Shown: positions 1 to 10,749, numbered from the stretch's first letter. The stretch: 64,000 nucleotides of DNA from an uncultured virus (IMG/VR IMGVR_UViG_3300044912_000278) (IMGVR_UViG_3300044912_000278), one strand, 5' to 3'. The notes: generated by a model from the sequence alone, not told the origin. A program made the numbers and translations.

Positions 1-1037
1 AATGTTGATGGATCTAAAACAACGCCTGAAGACATCAAAGGAATGTAAGGGCAATAAAATGCAGGTGCATCTGATTCTGAACCACCTTTGTAGCCAATCA
101 AAATTGATGTGCTGTCTTGTGCATAGCTGTTTACATAAACTTTTAATGAATTGTTTAAAGTACCTACAAATTTTGTATTTGTTGGAGCTTCAAAAGTACC
201 TTCAGTTGTACGAGCAAATGCTGAAGTTGTAGCTGATTGCAAAATTGTTAATGCAAATGGTGATACAACAGCATAGTTGCCAGCGCCACGACGTGTACGT
301 TGTGCAATCAAGTTAGAAACACGATTAATTTGAACAGCTAATGCAGCATGTTCGTCACCTACGAATGTAGCTGTACCTGATACTGCAGCTTGATCATATG
401 ATAAAACATCTGAACCGGCTAATGTTAATAATGATTGGATAATTTCTTGATCAATCTCAGCAGTAATTTCTTGAGCCAAAGCAGCCATAATTTCTGCTTC
501 AACGTCAATACCTTGTTGTGATTGTGCATCTTGTGCAGATTCAAATGTCCAACGAGCACTCAATTTACGAGTTTTCGCTTCAACAGTTTGTTTCAAGATT
601 TGGATGCTCATTCTTTTTCCAGCTTGGCCTTCTAAAGTTGCTGTAGATGCAGCTTTAGCAGTAGCAGAATCATTACCTGAATAAGCTTCTGCAATTTTGA
701 ATGGGCTCAATGCTTCTTCGCCTGCTAATACATTAGTACCGTTGTCTGCGTAACGTACACGCAAAGTATGGATTTGACCAACAGGGCCAGTCATTGGTTG
801 TACGCCAACTAATTCGTTAGCAATAACGGTTGGCATAACACGACGGATTACTGGTAAAATCACGCGGTTTAAAGTTGCAACGTTGCCAGCAGAGGTAGCA
901 CCAGCTGTTGGACTTTCAATCAAATACCGACGGGTATTTTCAAGGGTTACGCCCATTACTGATTTTTTTGTACCTGACAAGCCTTCTAAAAGTGCTTGTT
1001 TAGTTTCTGCCCAACGGCCATTAAGTAGTTCTGACAT
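1..1037 (-). CDS. gp23: Major capsid protein, T4 gp23-like (3' end outside window; missing from ORF track)
   Basis: Manual translation from ATG at 1037 (SD AGGAG): MSELLNGRWAETKQALLEGL...LPVIRRVMPTVIANELVGVQPMTGPVGQIHTLRVRY...KQTVEAKTRKLSARWTFESAQDAQSQQGIDVEAEIMAALAQEITAEIDQEII; gp23 signature motifs; lies downstream of gp21/gp22. Confidence 0.96.
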   Translation of the reverse strand, partial: MSELLNGRWAETKQALLEGLSGTKKSVMGVTLENTRRYLIESPTAGATSAGNVATLNRVILPVIRRVMPTVIANELVGVQPMTGPVGQIHTLRVRYADNGTNVLAGEEALSPFKIAEAYSGNDSATAKAASTATLEGQAGKRMSIQILKQTVEAKTRKLSARWTFESAQDAQSQQGIDVEAEIMAALAQEITAEIDQEIIQSLLTLAGSDVLSYDQAAVSGTATFVGDEHAALAVQINRVSNLIAQRTRRGAGNYAVVSPFALTILQSATTSAFARTTEGTFEAPTNTKFVGTLNNSLKVYVNSYAQDSTSILIGYKGGSESDAPAFYCPYIPLMSSGVVLDPST

Positions 1038-1054
1038 TTAAATTCTCCTAAATC

Positions 1055-2143
1055 TTATAGTCCAGCGAGGCGGCGGATATCGATAATGTTCGATTCATCT
1101 TCGCTGCTACGGGTGGTGTTGGAAATTTTATTTCCGGTTATTTCTTTAGCTTCAACAAGAGCCTGTCTTTTTTGTGGTGCTTTACCAGAAATTACAGCTG
1201 GTAAATATTTTTCAAAACTTTCATTAAGTTTTGAAGTTTTAACACTCGTCATCAATTCACCCATGATTGCACGTTGCTCTGCATTAAGCGGAGATAACAA
1301 TTCGTTCATGACTGCTTTTCTTTCTTGCGATTCTTTTAACATCGCAATTTCTGCTTGTTTGCTTTCTAATATTCTTTCAGCTTTGATAACTGCGTGAGCA
1401 GCTTCATTGATGGCTAAATCTTTCATGTCTATGACTTTGAGCAATTTTGCAGTTTCTGACTTATCATTCAAGTAACTTGCTTGGTATTCAGAAGCAAATG
1501 CTTCAAATAATTTACGTCCAAAATCTGTGCGACGAGCTGATTCAATGTCTTCTTTAAGTGAAGTAATTTCAGACTGCAAAGTTTGTCCTACTACACTTTC
1601 GACCATTGTTGCTGCGCGTTGTACAAATTGTTGTTTTACTCGTTTAATTTCTTGACGACCTTCACGAACTAGACGAACTTTTGATTCGGCTAAATCCTGT
1701 TTGTCTTTATAAAACTCTGTAATTTCTTGAGCAAGAGCTTCTACTACGAAATGTTCCAATGTGCTAAATTTGTTAGCCATTGCCATTTGATCTTCATGCA
1801 ACTCTTTAACTTCCGACGCTAATTGATGTGATACGAATTTATTCACAACTTTTGCACTTTCGGTCATTTTTCTAGCAAATTTAATTTTCATTTCTGCTAA
1901 ATGTTTGCGATCATCAACAAATTCGCCAAGTTCACTAGCAAGTTGTTCAGAAATCATACGATCTACTGCTTCAACCATTGTGTTCTTGTCATGCTCGTAT
2001 TTCTGAGCAAATTCTTCTCGTAGTTGTTGAGAAACTAATTCACGGTTTTCGACGATACGTCTTTCCCATGCGTTCTCAATTGACTCTTTGATCTCTTCCG
2101 AAACCACATTGTTTTCAAATAAAGTTTTTAATGCATCCAACAT
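1055..2143 (-). CDS. Prohead core scaffolding protein (gp22-like)
   Basis: 362 aa, Glu/Lys-rich and helical, with many L/I-x-E sites; between protease and capsid as in T4. Confidence 0.8.
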   Translation of the reverse strand: MLDALKTLFENNVVSEEIKESIENAWERRIVENRELVSQQLREEFAQKYEHDKNTMVEAVDRMISEQLASELGEFVDDRKHLAEMKIKFARKMTESAKVVNKFVSHQLASEVKELHEDQMAMANKFSTLEHFVVEALAQEITEFYKDKQDLAESKVRLVREGRQEIKRVKQQFVQRAATMVESVVGQTLQSEITSLKEDIESARRTDFGRKLFEAFASEYQASYLNDKSETAKLLKVIDMKDLAINEAAHAVIKAERILESKQAEIAMLKESQERKAVMNELLSPLNAEQRAIMGELMTSVKTSKLNESFEKYLPAVISGKAPQKRQALVEAKEITGNKISNTTRSSEDESNIIDIRRLAGL

Positions 2144-2157
2144 GTGATTCTCCTTTA

Positions 2158-2784
2158 CTATTGGAGTCCGTTTATTATATTTAATAAACTTTCTTTGAGG
2201 TATTTTTGCGCTTTTGGATCTCCTCTAACTTCTTCCGCTATGCGAAAGGAATTAAGACCACCTTTTGAATTCATCAGGTGTTCATAAATCGGTGTAGGGT
2301 AAGCTCCAGGCGCACTAGGTTGAGCTACCATATCGACTGTGATAATCTCAAAATCCGATACTTCACCATTACCGCTATCGCTAACGTTGCCGGATCCGCG
2401 TGAACTAACTCCAAGCTTCACACCACTTTCTAACATAGTGCGAATAAGATGTCCCATTGGTGTAGGTAATATTTTAAGTTTACCATAACCATTAGGACCT
2501 TCCATCCACATGTTAGTTATCATGTGTGACACTCGGTCTAAGTTTATTTTTAGATCATCTGGGTGATCTACTTCTCCGAGAACCGAATAACCATTTTGAA
2601 TCTGATCATTAAGGGTTTTAACCGCTTTACTGATCTCGCTCACAGGATATACACGTTGATTTGCATTACGGATGCCACCTTGTATACAAATACCACTCAT
2701 ATACAAGTTCTTTCCTTCTTTCTCATCAGATTCAACGATCATTTGCGCTTCAGTGAAGCTAAGGTTTTCTCGGAGATGTAACAT
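2158..2784 (-). CDS. gp21: Prohead maturation protease (T4 gp21-like)
   Basis: Motifs NANQRVYP, LGEVDHP, GVSSRGSG, DMVAQPSAPGAYP. Confidence 0.95.
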   Translation of the reverse strand: MLHLRENLSFTEAQMIVESDEKEGKNLYMSGICIQGGIRNANQRVYPVSEISKAVKTLNDQIQNGYSVLGEVDHPDDLKINLDRVSHMITNMWMEGPNGYGKLKILPTPMGHLIRTMLESGVKLGVSSRGSGNVSDSGNGEVSDFEIITVDMVAQPSAPGAYPTPIYEHLMNSKGGLNSFRIAEEVRGDPKAQKYLKESLLNIINGLQ

Positions 2785-2787
2785 AAT

Positions 2788-3618
2788 TTATTTTCTGCCT
2801 GGAATTAAACTTTTTGTGTTTGCAGCTTTTTCACTAGTGCCTTTTCTTTCAGTACCGTGACCTGCAGCTACTTTTTGTAACTTAGGAGCTTTTGCGTTGC
2901 CGGGAACGTTTTGGTTTCCGCCATCCATTTTAGTTGTTGTAGGTTTTAACAAACCTTTTCCAGTGCCTTCGCCAGTTGCAGTGCCACCAAATTTAGGAGC
3001 TACACCGCCCATGTCGTTGTATTTGGCTTTATTAAACAAACTTGTGTTGTTATCGCCGTCATGACCGTGTTTTGGTAATGCAACTTTGTTTACATATTCA
3101 AACATGCTTTGGAATTCGTTTTCTTCTTTGCCAAACATAGGTGCTGCCGATTCTTCTTCGTCACCAAACATGTTATCTTCTTCTTCGTCACTTCCAAACA
3201 TGTCAGCATGTTCTGGTTCATCTTCTTCACCGGCTAACAATTGTTCAAATTCTGATTTTAATTCGTCTAATGCATCTTCTAAATCCATTACGCGATCTTC
3301 AATATCGCCATCTTCTTCGTCACCGAACGAATCATCATCACCTCCGAACATGTCGTCGTCTTCTTCGTCGCCTTCTTCACTGTCGTCTGAATCATCTTCG
3401 TCGCTAGCAGAATCATCATCACCGAAGTCATCTTCATCTTCATCATCGCCAAATGTTGGTTCGTCTTCGTCATCAGATTCAAATTCTTCTGCTAACAATT
3501 GTTCGTAAATTTCACGAGATTTTGCTACTACGATATTGTGAAAAATATCTTTTGCTGATTCATGATCTTCATTGATCAACGCCTCAAGCATGGCTTCAAA
3601 TTTGGTACGGTCAGTCAT
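2788..3618 (-). CDS. Highly acidic prohead core-like protein
   Basis: Long Asp/Glu tract; position between portal and protease corresponds to T4 gp67/gp68. Confidence 0.55.
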   Translation of the reverse strand: MTDRTKFEAMLEALINEDHESAKDIFHNIVVAKSREIYEQLLAEEFESDDEDEPTFGDDEDEDDFGDDDSASDEDDSDDSEEGDEEDDDMFGGDDDSFGDEEDGDIEDRVMDLEDALDELKSEFEQLLAGEEDEPEHADMFGSDEEEDNMFGDEEESAAPMFGKEENEFQSMFEYVNKVALPKHGHDGDNNTSLFNKAKYNDMGGVAPKFGGTATGEGTGKGLLKPTTTKMDGGNQNVPGNAKAPKLQKVAAGHGTERKGTSEKAANTKSLIPGRK

Positions 3619-3722
3619 GTTAATCTCCTGTGATAATTATTTTTATACAAGGCTGTCTTATATTTACACTACTTATAACAATTAGTGTAATATTAGGGGC
3701 AAAATGGTGTTTTTTGAATATT

Positions 3723-3962
3723 TTATACTGCCGGGGCAACCGGAGTTGAATACATTGTGTGAACAAATGATAATTCAACTTCTTGTTCTAAAATATGAGC
3801 TTCACTGCTCTTACGTAGTTCATTTATTTGCCTAAGTGACAATCGTGTTTTACGAGAGTCTGATCGATGCATTACCGATTTGTCATTTTCGGAATTATAT
3901 CGCATATCATTTGCAACATGTCTTGTATTAGGGTCTATGTAAAAAAGTTCTCTGAGTATCAT
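3723..3962 (-). CDS. Small hypothetical head-module protein
   Basis: 79 aa, co-oriented, late-promoter-like ATAAATA directly upstream (3968-3974). Confidence 0.7.
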   Translation of the reverse strand: MILRELFYIDPNTRHVANDMRYNSENDKSVMHRSDSRKTRLSLRQINELRKSSEAHILEQEVELSFVHTMYSTPVAPAV

Positions 3963-3970
3963 GAATATAT

Positions 3971-5710
3971 TTATCCCATTGGCGATGCAGCACCTGGCAT
4001 CGGTGCTGCAGGCATACCGCCAGCGCCCATTCCCATATCTGCTCCCATTCCCATATCTGCAGGAACTGACATATTGCCTGCAGCTCCCATATCACCTTCA
4101 ATGCCTGCTGCAGATAATCCGGCACTACGAAGTTCTCCAGCAGAATCAGTATGAGTAGGTTGTCCTTTTCCTTGCTCTTCACCCCACAATCTTTCGTTTT
4201 CAGCAACCTCATCGTCATTTAAACCTAAGAATCGTTTAAGTGCAAATCGTTTACTCATATACGGAACTGCTTGTATAGTATTAAATGTGTTAATTCTTTC
4301 AGAATCTAGCCCTGCTTGACGCGCACTGGCGAAGTTCATCGGCGGATTAAATGCTAATTCAAATAAGTTAGCATCAATGTTAAGTCCTCTTGAGAACATA
4401 TACATTTTAAATTCATTTGTAAACACTTCTGTGATTAAACTTTGAAGCCGTTCACAATATTTGTTAAACCGCAACTCCTGAATATATGCTGTTCCTACAC
4501 GACCGTCATTAAAACTTGCTTGAGAATCGTCAGCACCAGTCGGTAAGTAACTGCTAGGAATACGTAAACCACGGAATAACTTGTTTGTAAAGAATTTTAA
4601 ATCGTCAATTTCACCTAAATTAGTTCCGCCAGGTAATGTATCAACTTTAGAACCGCGTCCTTCAGAAGTCTGTGGAAAGAAATAGTCCTCATTTATCGAT
4701 AATGGGTTGTATGCGCTATCAATTACGTTCTGTCCTCCACCACTTTGACTAGGAATTCTACGCTGATGTATCTCATTTTTAACTCTTTCTACAAATGCCA
4801 TAGCTAAATGGCTAGGCATATTACCCACGTCGATATGGAATACACGTCTTTCTGGTGCTCTTTGAATTCGATAAATTAATATAGCGTCTTCTAACAGTTC
4901 TTTTTGTTTATATACTTTAAAAATATGTTCCAATAAGCTATTACCAAATGGAAAATTGTTATCTAACCCTTCTGATAATGAAAGATGAACTACATGTTCA
5001 GCGTTAATTGCGTATTCTGTTTCAGCTAATCCGAATCTACTGCCGGAACTAGAACTAGGATATGGGCCAGATGCACCTTTTTGAGCACCCGGTGCACCCA
5101 TATAACCAGCACCGGATGTCATTCCGCCACCGGATTGTCTAGGATTAATGTTAGGAGTAATTTGCGTAGCAATAAGATTTTCAAAATTCGGTGCTAAATC
5201 TTTAACAACATATTGTTCAGGTTTCTTGCCATTGCTCTCATTTACCATGATTTTAATAATTTTACTAGAATCAACCCAGTGCCATTTTTGAGTTTCGGGG
5301 TCTCTAATAAAGAATGCATCACCATATTTGAAAACGTTTCGCACTATTCGAAAAATCTTAGTATCAAATTGCTGTAGTTTATTCCATTGCTGTAAATATT
5401 CACCTAAAATGCGCACTTCAGAATTAGTAGCTTTACTATTCCATCTAACTGTAAATGGACTTTTACCATCTTTTAATTTTTGTGTGCAAAACTCAGCTAA
5501 AATATCTAATGCTGCATTAATTTCAGGATCACTATCCATAACTTCATATTGTTGATATCGTTCAATACGATTCGGACTACCTGTATATACATCAGGTAAG
5601 TAACTTGAGTAGTTTGTTCTAGCAGGTCCTGCTTTTGAATTCTGATCAAAACTTGAAGGCTTTGATTCATAATCATTTTCAATAGGTGAAAAGTGTTTTC
5701 GCCATGACAT
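3971..5710 (-). CDS. gp20: Portal protein (T4 gp20-like)
   Basis: LLEDAILIYRIQRAPERRVFHIDVGNMP, EDYFFP, VDTLPGG, LFRGLRIPSSYL motifs. Confidence 0.96.
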   Translation of the reverse strand: MSWRKHFSPIENDYESKPSSFDQNSKAGPARTNYSSYLPDVYTGSPNRIERYQQYEVMDSDPEINAALDILAEFCTQKLKDGKSPFTVRWNSKATNSEVRILGEYLQQWNKLQQFDTKIFRIVRNVFKYGDAFFIRDPETQKWHWVDSSKIIKIMVNESNGKKPEQYVVKDLAPNFENLIATQITPNINPRQSGGGMTSGAGYMGAPGAQKGASGPYPSSSSGSRFGLAETEYAINAEHVVHLSLSEGLDNNFPFGNSLLEHIFKVYKQKELLEDAILIYRIQRAPERRVFHIDVGNMPSHLAMAFVERVKNEIHQRRIPSQSGGGQNVIDSAYNPLSINEDYFFPQTSEGRGSKVDTLPGGTNLGEIDDLKFFTNKLFRGLRIPSSYLPTGADDSQASFNDGRVGTAYIQELRFNKYCERLQSLITEVFTNEFKMYMFSRGLNIDANLFELAFNPPMNFASARQAGLDSERINTFNTIQAVPYMSKRFALKRFLGLNDDEVAENERLWGEEQGKGQPTHTDSAGELRSAGLSAAGIEGDMGAAGNMSVPADMGMGADMGMGAGGMPAAPMPGAASPMG

Positions 5711-5732
5711 ATTTTAAATTCCTTTATTATTG

Positions 5733-8700
5733 TTACGAATGTAATCTATCTTGTGATAAACTTCGAGTTGCGCTAATTTGTTTTTGGCTATTAGTACTAA
5801 TTTTATCAGTATGTTGTGCCATTTCTATCATATGTTTATTTAACTGCATCAATGCATCATGAAGATCTTTTAACGTAATTTCTTTTACCATCATTGTTGC
5901 TGGTTGTTCTTGTGGTTTAGGCGGTACTACTGGTGTTTCCGGCGGTTTAACCTGTGATGCCATTGCCCGTTGCATATCTACAGGTGATAATTGCGCCTGC
6001 ATAGTAGCCGGCGGTTTAATTTGAGACCGAGATTGTTTTAGTTCAGCATCTAATCTAGTATTAAACTCTTTAAATGTTTCAAGACCACCTACATGCGGAG
6101 TTGCTTTAACTTCAGCAGTTGCAGGTTCTTTTTTAATGTTTTCTTTCAAATTAGGATTAGGTTTATACATTCCTGAATTCTTCTGACGGTCAATCTCCTT
6201 ATTTAATTCGCTATTTTCATCTGCTCTACGGGCAGCAATAGCTTCTGGAGTATTCATAGCTTTTAATCTAGCAGCATTTTCTGCAGGAGTTTCTTGTTTA
6301 ACATCTTCATATTTTACATTTCCACTAGACGCTGCAGGTTTATTAGATGATTTAAACATTCCGGATATTGATGAACCTAAATCTTCAAATACACTAGTAG
6401 CTTTTTCTTGAGAAACTTTGCCAGGAAACACTTGCGGTTCAATTGGTTTTTCTGGGGGTTTGGGAAGTTTTTTCTTTGCAGACTCCGGTCCATGTTCTGC
6501 CATAAATTTCTTTTCATCCAATAATGCCTGTGATACTTGTAAAGATTTATGTTCATCATCTTTTTTATTTTTAATAACTGCATTTTTAACAGATTCTTCG
6601 CCGTGTTCTTTTAATCTGCCTTTTATTTTAATTAAATCTTCTTCATATGATAGTGCAATCTTTGCAACTTCTTCTTTTTTCTTAGCTAGTCGTTCAGCTG
6701 CTTCAGCTGATGGTTTAGTATTTGCTGCTTTCATTTCTTCAAAATCAAAAGATGCATTTTCTAATGCTTCTCTTTTCTTCATTAATGCAGTGCTAGCAGC
6801 AGATGGCCCTAATTTTTTCTCGGCGGCTTTGCTAGATTCACTAAGATCCATTTGTGCCATACCAATTTTAGAAAGATCACCACTTTTTAATGCTTGATTA
6901 AACTTAGCCATATTAGTTAAGCTTTCATTAAGTTTTGATACATCTGGCATTTTAGGTGGTTCAACTGCAATTTTTGGTTGTTGTTCTTTAACGGCAGTTG
7001 CTTCTCTTTCTTTTTTCTCGTTAGCTAGTGTTTCTTCACGTGCTTTCTTTTCTTTTTCTGCTTCTAATGCTGCTTTTGGCGCAAATTGTGCTTGTTGAGC
7101 TTTGACAATTGGAAGATCATGCATAGCATCTTCATCTTTGCGACCTTTAAGTTCAGCAATTTTGTCATTAAAGAATTTTAACTTACCTTCGCGTGCTTGT
7201 TTTTTAATAGTAGCAGTTAATTCCTCGCCAGTTTCTAACTCTTGCATCTCTGCATTTGTCATTTCATCACGAGCGTCTTTTAACCCAGATGCTGCAATAG
7301 GTTTTGCTGATAGTGTTTTTGGCTTCTCAATATCAACCGGTTTAAATTCAGGAACCTTTGTGCCTGGATTTATTTTTTCTATTAAGGCGGTCATTTTGTC
7401 AGATGATGCCTTAAATGCAGTTTCAATAGCAGACATTGGTTTTTCAACTGGTTTTGCTGGTTCTATTACTTTAGGTAACGCAGAGTCGGCTTGATTTTTA
7501 TATTTTGCTTGTGCTGCAGCGTCTACCTCTTTGATTCGTGCTTGTATTGTGTCGTTAATTGATTTTGCATCAGCATTTACTACTGCAGATTTAACTTCAG
7601 GTGGTTTAACTTCAGCAGGTTTAACTTCAGATTTAACTTCAGGTGGTTTAACTTCAGCAGGTTTAACTTCAGATTTAACTTCAGGTGGTTTAACTTCAGC
7701 AGGTTTAACTTCAGGTTTAACTTCAGGCGGTTTGGCTATTGCAGTAGCGTGTTTAACTATTTCATGCGGGTTAATTTTGTCAAAAGTTTTAGTTACTTGC
7801 TCATTAAATTTTGAAGTAATATCACTAAAATTAACAGCGGTAAGTTTTTCAGTAATCCTAGTTAATTCTTTAACTATGCCTTGCATTGATGCAGTAACAC
7901 TTGCAAATGTCTTAGTAAGCTCATCAGGTGTGCCACCGGCTGTTTTTGTTTCAGCAGTTTTTGATTCGTCAACAACAGGAGATGCAGTATCTACAGTAGG
8001 TGCAGCCGGTGCAACTGCTTTTATATCAGCAGTATCAGTTGCAGGAGGTGCAGCCGAACCAGCTTTTTTATTCATGTTAGTTAACAAATCCGTTGGTATT
8101 AATTTTTCAACATATCGACGCATCTGTGATTCAGTTGCAACTAACTCATTTCCATGTAGCTCTGCCGGAGAACCTTTAGGATCAAAGTTTTCAAACATAT
8201 CTTTGAATCCGCCATTACCGTTTAAGAAATTTTCAAATGTAGGTGATCCAGATGCACGGTGTGCAGGTGTAACCGGAGCTGCCATTTCTTCTGGTGTAGT
8301 TTTCTTGTTAGATGCAGGTGATGCAGCATACGCTTGTTCTAATGTTTTTGAAAGGTGTTCGCTTGGAACCGAAAGAGCACCTGCTATTGTATTTTTAATA
8401 CCGCCTTCTTCTTGTGTTCTAGGTCTTAAAATATCAGCTAATGCGTCTTGTTTTCCAATTAACCTGCCAGTTGATTCAGATAGTTTTCCAAAATCAGTAG
8501 CAACGCCGGCGGTTGCATCCTTAAATGATCGATTAACTTCGTTTATTGTAGTGCCGAGTTTAGATTGATCGCCAAAATCATGACCTTCTGCATTTTTACC
8601 AGCCATATTTTGTTGAACTTCTTTAGTCTGGCCTGCACGCGCTTCTTCCATTCCTATATTGCCGCGAGTTGCATTATATACTTCTTGTTTCTTTGCTAAT

Positions 8701-9860
8701 GCTGCTCCTAATTCAAGGTTTCCAGTTAGTCCTGCACGAGTTTGATCTGCAAATCCACCTACTGCAACTCTAGCAGTATCTAAAAATTGTTTAGAATGCA
8801 TTTGCTCGTCAACTGCGGCATGTGCTTTATCTAATGCAATTTTAGCATCTTGTTTTTGTTGGTCAGTAGATGCAGCCATTTGTAAACGCACTGCTTTTTC
8901 TAATTCAACGCCGGCTGTACCCAACGATGCCATTTTATCAGCACCTTCTTTTGTACGAATACCGCCTGACATAATTTCGTCTGCTACATCTTGTACAACA
9001 GGACCTAATGATCGTAAATTAACCTGCATATCTTGATACTGATTAAACTTATCTTGATCCATTTCCATTAAGGTTGCTTGGATTGTTGCATTTTTAGTTC
9101 TAGCAGCTAAGTCATCAACTTGTGCTTGTCTACTTAAACCAGTGATACGAGTAGTTTCTTCCATAGCAGCTGTTAAATTAATAGCTGCTTCAACTGCTTC
9201 TTTTTGTGCTTTTACAGTAGATAAATCTAATCCTTTGCGGTTAGCTGCTGATGATAGAGCAACTTGGCTAACTTCATCTGCAGATAACCCCATCTTCTTA
9301 AGTTGATTAACAACTCCGGATTCTTGTAACTGTTTATCCATTTCAAGCCAATTAGCTTGACTACGATTAATAGTAGATCCAACGCCACTTAATGCGCTAG
9401 CACCTTCTTTCATCATACGATTGTATTCGTCTTGGGTCATACGAGCGCCGGTAATTGCTCGATTGTATTCCCCTAGGTTGTTATTCCAATTAGCACCAAC
9501 TTTGCCGGCTTCGTTCATGTTATCGTTGGTCTTAATAAGAGCACCGCCGAGATCTTGTGTAATTGCACCTAGTGATTTACCAATTCCCGGAACTGCAGCC
9601 GCTAGTATGTTGCTAAACATAGTAACTGCATTGCCGGCATTCATCGAGCCTTCAGCTAACTTAACAAATCCATTTGAAATTCCACTAATCGCAGAGTTAA
9701 TTTTATTAGCAGAATCACCGCCCATGCTGCCGCTGCTACTTCCACTACTGCTGCCGCTACTTCCTCCACCGCCCAGGCCTCCAGGACTACGAGCTAATTG
9801 TCCAAGCAATCTGTTAGTTTCTGTTACTTGGGCTAGTGTTTGTTCTTCAATTGATGCCAT
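5733..9860 (-). CDS. Tape-measure / baseplate hub-like protein
   Basis: 1375 aa, Ala/Lys/Glu-rich helical composition; divergent from the gp26-like gene; function inferred from composition and context. Confidence 0.6.
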   Translation of the reverse strand: MASIEEQTLAQVTETNRLLGQLARSPGGLGGGGSSGSSSGSSSGSMGGDSANKINSAISGISNGFVKLAEGSMNAGNAVTMFSNILAAAVPGIGKSLGAITQDLGGALIKTNDNMNEAGKVGANWNNNLGEYNRAITGARMTQDEYNRMMKEGASALSGVGSTINRSQANWLEMDKQLQESGVVNQLKKMGLSADEVSQVALSSAANRKGLDLSTVKAQKEAVEAAINLTAAMEETTRITGLSRQAQVDDLAARTKNATIQATLMEMDQDKFNQYQDMQVNLRSLGPVVQDVADEIMSGGIRTKEGADKMASLGTAGVELEKAVRLQMAASTDQQKQDAKIALDKAHAAVDEQMHSKQFLDTARVAVGGFADQTRAGLTGNLELGAALAKKQEVYNATRGNIGMEEARAGQTKEVQQNMAGKNAEGHDFGDQSKLGTTINEVNRSFKDATAGVATDFGKLSESTGRLIGKQDALADILRPRTQEEGGIKNTIAGALSVPSEHLSKTLEQAYAASPASNKKTTPEEMAAPVTPAHRASGSPTFENFLNGNGGFKDMFENFDPKGSPAELHGNELVATESQMRRYVEKLIPTDLLTNMNKKAGSAAPPATDTADIKAVAPAAPTVDTASPVVDESKTAETKTAGGTPDELTKTFASVTASMQGIVKELTRITEKLTAVNFSDITSKFNEQVTKTFDKINPHEIVKHATAIAKPPEVKPEVKPAEVKPPEVKSEVKPAEVKPPEVKSEVKPAEVKPPEVKSAVVNADAKSINDTIQARIKEVDAAAQAKYKNQADSALPKVIEPAKPVEKPMSAIETAFKASSDKMTALIEKINPGTKVPEFKPVDIEKPKTLSAKPIAASGLKDARDEMTNAEMQELETGEELTATIKKQAREGKLKFFNDKIAELKGRKDEDAMHDLPIVKAQQAQFAPKAALEAEKEKKAREETLANEKKEREATAVKEQQPKIAVEPPKMPDVSKLNESLTNMAKFNQALKSGDLSKIGMAQMDLSESSKAAEKKLGPSAASTALMKKREALENASFDFEEMKAANTKPSAEAAERLAKKKEEVAKIALSYEEDLIKIKGRLKEHGEESVKNAVIKNKKDDEHKSLQVSQALLDEKKFMAEHGPESAKKKLPKPPEKPIEPQVFPGKVSQEKATSVFEDLGSSISGMFKSSNKPAASSGNVKYEDVKQETPAENAARLKAMNTPEAIAARRADENSELNKEIDRQKNSGMYKPNPNLKENIKKEPATAEVKATPHVGGLETFKEFNTRLDAELKQSRSQIKPPATMQAQLSPVDMQRAMASQVKPPETPVVPPKPQEQPATMMVKEITLKDLHDALMQLNKHMIEMAQHTDKISTNSQKQISATRSLSQDRLHS
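7587..7733. repeat. 3 exact copies of a 42-bp tandem unit plus a partial copy (EVKPAEVKPPEVKS)
   Basis: agatttaacttcaggtggtttaacttcagcaggtttaacttc at 7587, 7629 and 7671. Confidence 0.95.
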
Positions 9861-9885
9861 AAAAAAATCCCTAAAAGTTTGTATA

Positions 9886-9909
9886 TATAAATACGGTTAA
9901 TATATTTAT
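9886..9909. promoter_or_regulatory. Pair of opposed late promoters: TATAAATA (+, 9886-9893) and ATAAATA (-, 9903-9909)
   Basis: T4 late consensus TATAAATA in the 61-bp gap between two divergent genes. Confidence 0.75.
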
Positions 9910-9921
9910 CCGGAGTTATAT

Positions 9922-10749
9922 ATGGCGAAGAACCCTTTAATCGATTATTTTAGACAACCAAAAATTTATATTTCATTACCTTCAAAAGGAATGTATAATA
10001 AATTAGGGTCACTCAACGGTGATGCTACAAACATTCCAATTTACGGAATGACAGGCATGGATGAAATAATAATGAAAACCCCTGATTCAATGTTATCAGG
10101 TGAGAGTACAGTTAAAATTTTTGAAAGTTGCTGTCCTGCAATTAAAGATGGCTGGGAAGTAACTGCATTAGACACTGATGTATTATTAACTGCAATTCGA
10201 ATTGCAACATACAGCAATATTATGGCAATTACACATACTTGCCCAAAATGCAGTGCTGAAAATGATTATGATGTTGATCTAAGTACAGTAATTGAACATT
10301 TTGCAAAATGCGAATATCAAAATACAATAGAATTACCTGGATTACAATTAAAATTACAACCATTAACTTATAAACAATCCACTGAATTTTCAATTCGTAA
10401 TTTCCAATTACAACAACGATTATCAGCTTCGTATAAAATAGAAGATGCAGAACTACAAAATCAAGAAGTAGCAACAGTATTTGTTGAATTAGGACATATT
10501 CAAAATGATATGTATGCAGCAAGTATCGAATCAATTGATATCGGCACCGTAGTTGTAACTGAAAAACATTTTATCATTGAATGGCTAAAAAATTGTGATA
10601 AATCAGTGTTTGATACTATTCGTGAGCAGTTTGCAATTAACAAAGATTTATGGAAAATTCCAAATGTAAACGTTAAGTGCGGTAGTTGTGATAAGGATTC
10701 GTCTGTTGCTATTGATTTAGATCAGACAAATTTTTTCGCTCCAGCCTAA
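9922..10749 (+). CDS. gp26: Baseplate hub assembly protein (T4 gp26-like)
   Basis: YFRQPKIYISLPSKG, D.DVLLTAIRIATY, two CxxC motifs, C-terminal NFF. Confidence 0.8.
   Translation: MAKNPLIDYFRQPKIYISLPSKGMYNKLGSLNGDATNIPIYGMTGMDEIIMKTPDSMLSGESTVKIFESCCPAIKDGWEVTALDTDVLLTAIRIATYSNIMAITHTCPKCSAENDYDVDLSTVIEHFAKCEYQNTIELPGLQLKLQPLTYKQSTEFSIRNFQLQQRLSASYKIEDAELQNQEVATVFVELGHIQNDMYAASIESIDIGTVVVTEKHFIIEWLKNCDKSVFDTIREQFAINKDLWKIPNVNVKCGSCDKDSSVAIDLDQTNFFAPA

Noticed and set aside
2..232. Plus-strand 76-aa ORF
   Set aside because: Antisense to the major capsid gene, which the track missed because it runs off the window
3086..3508. Poly-Ser ORF
   Set aside because: Reverse complement of the Asp/Glu tract in 2788-3618
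7587..7733. Possible CRISPR array
   Set aside because: Contiguous in-frame coding repeats without unique spacers; no cas genes
6418..9900. Long plus-strand ORFs (159, 130, 345, 159 aa)
   Set aside because: Antisense shadows of the 1375-aa gene caused by codon bias and repeats; no recognisable motifs
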